From Nostoc sp. XA010 (GTDB lineage: Bacteria; Cyanobacteriota; Cyanobacteriia; Cyanobacteriales; Nostocaceae): DNA of 32,000 bases. The notes beneath the pieces are model-generated. The model saw only the letters and a list, made by a program, of their open reading frames with translations, did not search any database and was not told the origin of the DNA. The stretch is taken from assembly GCF_020829625.1 (NCBI RefSeq), contig NZ_JAIVFX010000034.1:37633-69632 (forward strand), in the 5' to 3' direction. A program made the position numbers and the translations under genes. This document shows, piece after piece, positions 14,108 to 20,011 of the stretch (the stretch's first letter is position 1; each line of letters opens with the position of its first letter).

Positions 14108-16687
14108 GTGGTGGAGTTTATTGGACGTGAGGCTGAATTGCAAAACCTGCATGAGATGTTGCAGGAAAATAATCAGGTGGTAATTGCTGCGATCGCTGGT
14201 ATGGGTGGACTGGGTAAAACAGAATTAGCCTTACAATATGCAATGGCTCACCGTGAAACTTACAAGGGTGGAATTTGCTGGTTGCTGGCAAAGGCTGGAG
14301 ATGTGGGCATTCAAATTGTGCAGTTTGCCAGAACTCAGCTTGATTTAAACCCACCAGAAGATTTGGATATCCTCACACAAGTGCAATACTGCTTTCGGCT
14401 TTGGCGCGAAGGTAATGTACTGCTATTATTAGACGATGTTGGAGAATATCAACAAGTTAAGCCTTACTTACCTCTGCCATCTTCTCGATTTAAAGTGTTG
14501 ATTACCACGCGCCAACACTTCGGGGCATCTATAAAGGAATTATCTCTAGATGTATTGCAAGCAGAAGCAGCGCTAGAGTTATTAAAGTCATTTTTTAAAG
14601 AAACACCACAGCGAATTGAGCAAGAATTGGCTGTTGCAAATCAGTTGTGTGAGTGGTTGGGATATTTACCTTTGGGTTTGGAATTAGTCGGGCGATATTT
14701 GGCGCGAAAACAGGATTTATCTCTAACAGAAATGTTGCGGCGGTTAGAGAACAAGCGACTAGAACAACCCGCCCTTATTAAACCAGAAGCCGATATGACA
14801 GCACAACGAGGTGTATTAGCGGCCTTTGAGTTGAGTTGGCAAGAATTAAAGGATGAAGATAAGAAGCTTGGCTGTTTGCTGAGTTTATTCGCCGCCGCAC
14901 CTATATCTTGGAAGTTGGTGGAACAGTGTTTACCAGAGTCAGACGAGGAAGAATTAGAGGAAATTAGAGATGATAAGTTGTTGAATTTGCATTTACTTCA
15001 GCGCAAAGATGAGGGAGTTTATCAACTACATCCACTGCTAAGAGAGTTTTTTCAATATAAGCTTACAGGTTTAGAACAGGCAGAGCAATTAAAGCGATCG
15101 CTTTGTCGGGTAATGGTAGCAGTTGCCAAAGATATTCCTGAAGACGCTACCCTTAAGCAAATTACTGCTGTCTCCCCTGCCATTCCTCATATAGCTGAAG
15201 TAGCGAATCATCTCATTCAATACGTCAGCGATGATGATTTAATTTCGCTATTCATCGGTAATGCTCAATTTTATCAAGGTCAGGGATTGTATAGCCAAGC
15301 TGCACCTTGGTACCAAAAGTGTCTAGAAGCTACCAAAGAACGCTTAGGAGAAGAACATCCAGATGTCGCCCAAAGCCTCAACAACCTAGCATATCTCTAC
15401 AACTCCCAAGGCAGATACAGAGAAGCCGAACCCCTTCACCAACAAGCTTTAGCACTCAGGCGCAAGCTGCTGGGAGAAGAACATCCAGATGTCGCCGTTA
15501 GCCTCAACAACCTAGCGCATCTCTACTACTCTCAAGGTAGATACAGCGAAGCCGAACCCCTTTACATCCAAGCTTTAGCACTCAGGCGCAAGCTGCTGGG
15601 TGAAGAACATCCATCTGTCGCCGTTAGCCTCAACAACCTAGCGGGACTCTACGACTCCCAAGGCAGATACAGCGAAGCCGAACCCCTTTACATCCAAGCT
15701 TTAGCACTCTGCCGCAAACTGCTGGGAGAAGAACATCCATCTGTCGCCACTAGCCTCAACAACCTAGCGTGTCTCTACGACTCCCAAGGCAGATACAGCG
15801 AAGCCGAACCCCTTTACCAACAAGCTTTAGCACTCAGCCGCAAGCTGCTGGGTGAAGAACATCCAGATGTCGCCCAAAGCCTCAACAACCTAGCGTATCT
15901 CTACAACTCCCAAGGCAGATACAGCGAAGCCGAACCCCTTTACATCCAAGCTTTAGCACTCAGGCGTCAACTGCTGGGTGAAGAACATCCCGATGTCGCC
16001 CAAAGCCTCAACAACCTAGCGTCTCTCTACGAATCCCAAGGCAGATACAGCGAAGCCGAACCCCTTTACATCCAAGCTTTAGCACTCTGGCGCAAACTGC
16101 TGGGAGAAGAACATCCATCTGTCGCCACTAGCCTCAACAACCTAGCGTATCTCTACAACTCCCAAGGCAGATACAGCGAAGCCGAACCCCTTTACATCCA
16201 AGCTTTAGCACTCAGGCGTCAACTGCTCGGAGATGAACATCCTGATGTTGCACTTAACCTCAACAACCTAGCGTGTCTCTACGACTCCCAAGGCAGATAC
16301 AGCGAAGCCGAACCACTTTCCATCCAAGCTTTAGCACTCTCGCGCAAGCTGCTGGGAGAAGAACATCCATCTGTGGCACTTAGCCTCAACAACCTAGCAC
16401 TACTCTACAACTCCCAAGGCAGATACAGCGAAGCCGAACCCCTTCACATCCAAGCTTTGGCACTCAGGCGCAAGCTGCTGGGAGAAGAACATCCATTATT
16501 TGCCCTTAGTCTCAACAATCTGGCAAAACTCTACTACTTGCAAGAACTTTATGTAGAAGCTGAACCGTTGTATCTGCAAGCTTTGGAGATTTTTGAGCAA
16601 GGATTAGGGGTGAATCATCCCCACACTGTCAAATGTCGTGAAAATTTGGCAAGTCTACGCGATCGCCTCTCCTCAAATCCAGAATAG
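14108..16687 (+). CDS. NB-ARC (STAND NTPase) plus TPR-repeat protein, bacterial NLR-like; the 5' boundary is uncertain and the protein may be 13613-16687 if the UGA is read through or is an error
   Basis: Motifs are the Walker A GMGGLGKTELA, the Walker B LLLLDDV and the GLPL-type motif GYLPLGLELVGR. A helical linker follows, then ten 42-aa TPR units and a degenerate terminal unit. The track start is GTG 14108, but the frame is open back to the TGA at 14030. Confidence 0.9.
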   Translation: MVEFIGREAELQNLHEMLQENNQVVIAAIAGMGGLGKTELALQYAMAHRETYKGGICWLLAKAGDVGIQIVQFARTQLDLNPPEDLDILTQVQYCFRLWREGNVLLLLDDVGEYQQVKPYLPLPSSRFKVLITTRQHFGASIKELSLDVLQAEAALELLKSFFKETPQRIEQELAVANQLCEWLGYLPLGLELVGRYLARKQDLSLTEMLRRLENKRLEQPALIKPEADMTAQRGVLAAFELSWQELKDEDKKLGCLLSLFAAAPISWKLVEQCLPESDEEELEEIRDDKLLNLHLLQRKDEGVYQLHPLLREFFQYKLTGLEQAEQLKRSLCRVMVAVAKDIPEDATLKQITAVSPAIPHIAEVANHLIQYVSDDDLISLFIGNAQFYQGQGLYSQAAPWYQKCLEATKERLGEEHPDVAQSLNNLAYLYNSQGRYREAEPLHQQALALRRKLLGEEHPDVAVSLNNLAHLYYSQGRYSEAEPLYIQALALRRKLLGEEHPSVAVSLNNLAGLYDSQGRYSEAEPLYIQALALCRKLLGEEHPSVATSLNNLACLYDSQGRYSEAEPLYQQALALSRKLLGEEHPDVAQSLNNLAYLYNSQGRYSEAEPLYIQALALRRQLLGEEHPDVAQSLNNLASLYESQGRYSEAEPLYIQALALWRKLLGEEHPSVATSLNNLAYLYNSQGRYSEAEPLYIQALALRRQLLGDEHPDVALNLNNLACLYDSQGRYSEAEPLSIQALALSRKLLGEEHPSVALSLNNLALLYNSQGRYSEAEPLHIQALALRRKLLGEEHPLFALSLNNLAKLYYLQELYVEAEPLYLQALEIFEQGLGVNHPHTVKCRENLASLRDRLSSNPE
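15344..16603 (+). repeat. Ten tandem 126-bp (42-aa TPR) units with very high nucleotide identity inside the NLR CDS
   Basis: Units start at 15344, 15470, 15596, 15722, 15848, 15974, 16100, 16226, 16352 and 16478. The consensus is LGEEHPxVAxSLNNLAxLYxSQGRYSEAEPLxxQALALxRxL. Confidence 0.95.
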
Positions 16688-16799
16688 AATACATGAGGCT
16701 ATAAATTTACAGGTTTTGTGCAAAGCGTACCGTAATAAAACTAAAAATAGCGATCGCCTACACTAAAATTCATCTTGAATTAAGTAAAAATGCCTGATT

Positions 16800-17060
16800 A
16801 CTTATTCAAAAGCTGCTTTTACTTTCTCAAAAGCAGCTTTTAATTTCGCATTTCAGTGTTTTCCACAAACAAAAGCTGCTTTTACTTCTTCAAAAGCAGC
16901 TTTTAATCTCGCATTTTAGTGTTTTCCACAAACAAAAGCAGCTTTTATTTCTTCAAAAGCAGCTTTTAATCTCGCATTTTAGTGTTTTCCACAAACAAAA
17001 GCAGCTTTTACTTTCTCATTTTAGTGTTTTCCGCAAGCAAAAGCAGCTTTTACTTACTCA
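16800..17060. repeat. Intergenic tandem array (63-bp unit made of 21-bp sub-periods) carrying eight copies of the palindrome AAAAGC(A/T)GCTTTT
   Basis: The palindromes start at 16808, 16829, 16871, 16892, 16934, 16955, 16997 and 17039. All spacings are 21 or 42 bp. Confidence 0.9.
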
Positions 17061-17129
17061 AACCCCAGTTTGCTTACTCATTTGAGTAATTCACGCATTT
17101 ATTTTGGTATATCATTGAGCCGAAAGCTT

Positions 17130-17158
17130 GCGTAGGCGTAGCCCGTCGGAGACATCGC
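17130..17158. repeat. Small dispersed repeat, intergenic copy
   Basis: GCGTAGGCGTAGCCCGTCGGAGACATCGC. Confidence 0.8.
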
Positions 17159-17225
17159 TCTACAAAAGAAGTGTAAATCGATAAGCGGATCGCTGTTGTC
17201 GTCAGACATCGCTTCTAGGCAAATC

Positions 17226-17420
17226 TTAAAGGCTATTCCATTCTTCTAGCGTGATTTCCCGCTCTAGAATCACCTCAACTTCCCGAATCATCAGCCGCAA
17301 TTGTGGTACAGAATACTCATCATTAGAGGGAATAGTTAGACGATGTTGCCCATAAACCATAAATTGATGTCTTGTTCCAGAATAAGGCCCCTCAAACCCA
17401 ATCCGTCGTAATTTTCTCAC
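17226..17420 (-). CDS. hicA: HicA-like (YcfA family) mRNA interferase toxin
   Basis: The 64-aa ORF reads (V)RKLRRIGFEGPYSGTRHQFMVYGQHRLTIPSNDEYSVPQLRLMIREVE. It uses a GTG start, because an in-frame TAG lies 27 nt upstream. It starts 14 nt after the hicB-like stop. Confidence 0.65.
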   Translation of the reverse strand: MRKLRRIGFEGPYSGTRHQFMVYGQHRLTIPSNDEYSVPQLRLMIREVEVILEREITLEEWNSL

Positions 17421-17433
17421 AAAATCCCGACGC

Positions 17434-17706
17434 TTACAGGGTATCTATCGGCTCAAGAGTCGGCTCCTTATTGAGGTCAATATTATCAATTATTGGTAGA
17501 TAATGTCCCAGCTTTAACCCAAGCAAAATCCAGTCTTCCAGTGTTGAGCGTAATTCATCCTCACACTCGCGTAAAGTCGATGCAAAAGCTATCACTCCTT
17601 TGCAAACAGGAATTCTACCTGCAAATATACCATCTTCTAACTTGTCATAAATTGCCTGGGCGATCGCTCGGTCAACATAGTCGCTTAGAATAAACTTTAT
17701 CGTCAT
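17434..17706 (-). CDS. hicB: HicB-like (UPF0150 family) antitoxin, short form without an obvious DNA-binding extension
   Basis: The 90-aa ORF reads MTIKFILSDYVDRAIAQAIYDKLEDGIFAGRIPVCKGVIAFASTLRECEDELRSTLEDWILLGLKLGHYLP. It lies directly upstream of the hicA-like gene. Confidence 0.65.
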   Translation of the reverse strand: MTIKFILSDYVDRAIAQAIYDKLEDGIFAGRIPVCKGVIAFASTLRECEDELRSTLEDWILLGLKLGHYLPIIDNIDLNKEPTLEPIDTL

Positions 17707-17902
17707 GAAATCTCGCGTTGTGCTACCAATTTAATCTTACGTTAAAAAATTGATGACTATCGCCAACAAAATAAAGAAATTCCCATAGGTGGTTCTTTAC
17801 TGGAACAAATTTCTATAGAGGTTTGAGTGTGTCAAACGAAAATAATTAATTAAATATTTAGAGGATCTTTTAAAAGTCCTTTCGTCGGTAGCAAAACATT
17901 AT

Positions 17903-17980
17903 CGATCCCCCCAATTCCCCTTAAAAAGGGGGGCTTTAATTCCGGTTCCCCCCTTTTTAAGGGGGGGTTAGGGGGGATCT
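17903..17980. mobile_element. G/C-run double-hairpin element with terminal inverted repeats
   Basis: The sequence is GATCCCCCC...CCCCTTAAAAAGGGGGG...CCCCCCTTTTTAAGGGGGGG...GGGGGGATC. It forms two hairpins bracketed by the inverted ends GATCCCCCC and GGGGGGATC. Confidence 0.6.
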
Positions 17981-18063
17981 GAAAGTGTTTAAACTGACAA
18001 TGAAATACTTTTCAAACAACCTCTTAGAAGAAAAAGGCTTTTATGACCATAAAATCATTTGTA

Positions 18064-19572
18064 TCAAGTCCAATCACTTGAACCTTCTTGGATTCCTCTT
18101 TCCATTTCCTCTAAAGTTGCACTTTTCATTCCTGGACGGTGTAAAAGCCCTGATAAGCTTTGAATAGGAACAGAATCCCCCACTGAAACATTGCTGAATT
18201 CAGAATTCTGAATTCTGGATTCTTCTTCAACATTTAAACTCTCACTTTTTTTAAGATATTGTCGAAAATATAAACGATATAATTCACACGCAACAGTAGT
18301 GCGATCGCCTTCTAAATTAATTAGCCCCATACTCTGTAATTTACATACTAATGCTGGCTCTAATTGCACATAATTTGTAGCGTTAATTACCTCATAAAAA
18401 GCATTTTTCAATTCTGGCTCATCTTGTAGCACTAACACAAACTGCCTTAAATACTCGTGATAAATTCCTGCTTCTGTGGGTGCTTGTTGCAATAGCTGTT
18501 CTAAATTTCCTTCTAGTCCCCCTCTACCCACAAGGTGATAAAAAGCCAATCGCAGCAAATAAGGATATCCTCCCACCATTGCCATCAAACTATCGACATT
18601 TTTCCCATCTGTCCAATCCAAGCCGTGACGTAGTGCCAAATCCAGCACCTGCTCTCTTGTAAAGGGAGATAACTTAATCGGTAAACCAATATTAAATGGT
18701 GATTGAGTCAGTTTTATCGGAACAATAATTTCCGTTGAATAAACCAGAACTAAACGCAGTTTTTGCCAAACTTCTACACCTTTGGCTTGTTCATACCACG
18801 ATCGCAGCAATAATAACAATTCTTCAAAAAGTTTTTGATGCTCAAACACCCAGTCCACCTCATCCAATATCAAAACAAGAGGACTTTCCAGCGCCGACAG
18901 TAAATACTCTTGGAAATAGATAAAGCAACTGACTTTGCTACCCATATCTTCATTCCAATAATCATTGAGTTTTGGTTCTAGCTGTAACTCCCGACTCACC
19001 TTTGCACAGAACCAGCGCAAAAATTTATCCAAACTGGCAAATACTGCTTTATCTGCTTGCTGAAAGTTCAACGTCACGGTGCAAAAGCCTTGATTGTTAG
19101 CGCGTGCAAGCAACCGCAAAATTAGAGAGCTTTTCCCCATCTTCTTTGGTGCTTTGATGCAGATAAGACTTCCAGGTTTAGCTATTTCTGTGTAGACAAC
19201 TTCTTCAATTGGCGGGCAAGGGATGTAAAATCTGGAATTAAGAGATACTGGGCCACTAGGAAATTCTAAGGATATAGCCGTGGCTGCTTTGTTGAATTCC
19301 TTAACTAATTGCTGATGTGGTTTGCTAAGACGATGATTTTCTAAAGTCTGGCGAAAGTTTGATTTATTTATAGGTTCTTTGCAAAAAACACTTAGTAATT
19401 GCCATAAATGAGCAGCAATTTTCCTGACACCTTCCTCATCGTAGTCAGCTTCACAGGCTATATTCGTGTAGGTTTCTCCTTCCCACGAAGAACGCAATAT
19501 AATCTCTTGACGTGTCGTTAAACCGGTTGCTTGACTGGCTTTTAGTAGCAAAACTACTTCATCTATAGTCAT
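18064..19572 (-). CDS. AAA-like (AAA_35 type) P-loop ATPase with an N-terminal HTH-like module; STAND-like signalling ATPase
   Basis: 502-aa ORF. The N-terminal LTTRQEIILRSSWEGETYTNIA...VRKIAAHLWQLLS is HTH-like. FYIPCPPIEEVVYTEIAKPGSLICIKAPKKMGKSSLILRLL is the P-loop and LVLILDEVD is the Walker B. The C-terminal tail contains a GAATTCT heptamer array. Confidence 0.7.
   Translation of the reverse strand: MTIDEVVLLLKASQATGLTTRQEIILRSSWEGETYTNIACEADYDEEGVRKIAAHLWQLLSVFCKEPINKSNFRQTLENHRLSKPHQQLVKEFNKAATAISLEFPSGPVSLNSRFYIPCPPIEEVVYTEIAKPGSLICIKAPKKMGKSSLILRLLARANNQGFCTVTLNFQQADKAVFASLDKFLRWFCAKVSRELQLEPKLNDYWNEDMGSKVSCFIYFQEYLLSALESPLVLILDEVDWVFEHQKLFEELLLLLRSWYEQAKGVEVWQKLRLVLVYSTEIIVPIKLTQSPFNIGLPIKLSPFTREQVLDLALRHGLDWTDGKNVDSLMAMVGGYPYLLRLAFYHLVGRGGLEGNLEQLLQQAPTEAGIYHEYLRQFVLVLQDEPELKNAFYEVINATNYVQLEPALVCKLQSMGLINLEGDRTTVACELYRLYFRQYLKKSESLNVEEESRIQNSEFSNVSVGDSVPIQSLSGLLHRPGMKSATLEEMERGIQEGSSDWT
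18194..18223. repeat. STRR-type heptamer array (GAATTCT/GAATTCA) within the 3' end of the AAA_35 CDS
   Basis: CTGAATTCAGAATTCTGAATTCTGGATTCT is translated on the minus strand as ...RIQNSEFSN... Confidence 0.75.
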
Positions 19573-20011
19573 TACTGATCGGCTCTAAAGCATGAAATTT
19601 TCTCACACCATTCTTCTTTGCAACTCAATGTAGCCTGCTTTGTCTGGATAGCAGCCAGTCGTTTTCCAAAAAGCTACAAACAAGGCTTGACAATTTCTTT
19701 GTATCCTAAAAGATTTTACGTGACTTAATCATAAAATTTTTTTTACAAATTTTTTCGAGTTTTTAGGTAATTATATGTGATTTGAACTACTTTTTTTAGA
19801 CATATCTTAGAATGTAGATGCACACAATGGAGCTATTTTTTTAAATCGCAACTGCGATCGCATTACCTTTTTCTAAATTCCATCCAAATTGATGATATGG
19901 GCAGTGACAGCCTAATCAATTAAGTAGACGATTTATCCATAACTGGATCGTCAGGGTGCTAAGACAGCGTAGAGAGAGCTACAGGATATCTTCCTCATCG
20001 TACCAGCAGCT

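Noticed and set aside
15307-15501. 64-aa alternative-frame ORF inside the TPR repeats
   Set aside because: It is an off-frame reading of the repeat units (RRRTSRCR repeated). The TPR frame is unambiguous.
16800-17060. A regularly spaced repeat array that could at first glance be a small CRISPR array
   Set aside because: The sequences between the palindromes are themselves conserved from unit to unit, so there are no unique spacers. The repeats are only 13 bp at 21/42-bp spacing, and no cas genes are present. It is a plain tandem array.
17985-18167. 60-aa plus-strand ORF
   Set aside because: It starts right after the G/C-run repeat element, overlaps the 3' end of the AAA_35 gene antisense, and has no recognisable features.
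8952-19572. The accessory stretch as a prophage or integrative element
   Set aside because: No integrase, transposase, phage structural gene, tRNA attachment site or flanking direct repeats are visible. I therefore describe it only as a variable chromosomal region.
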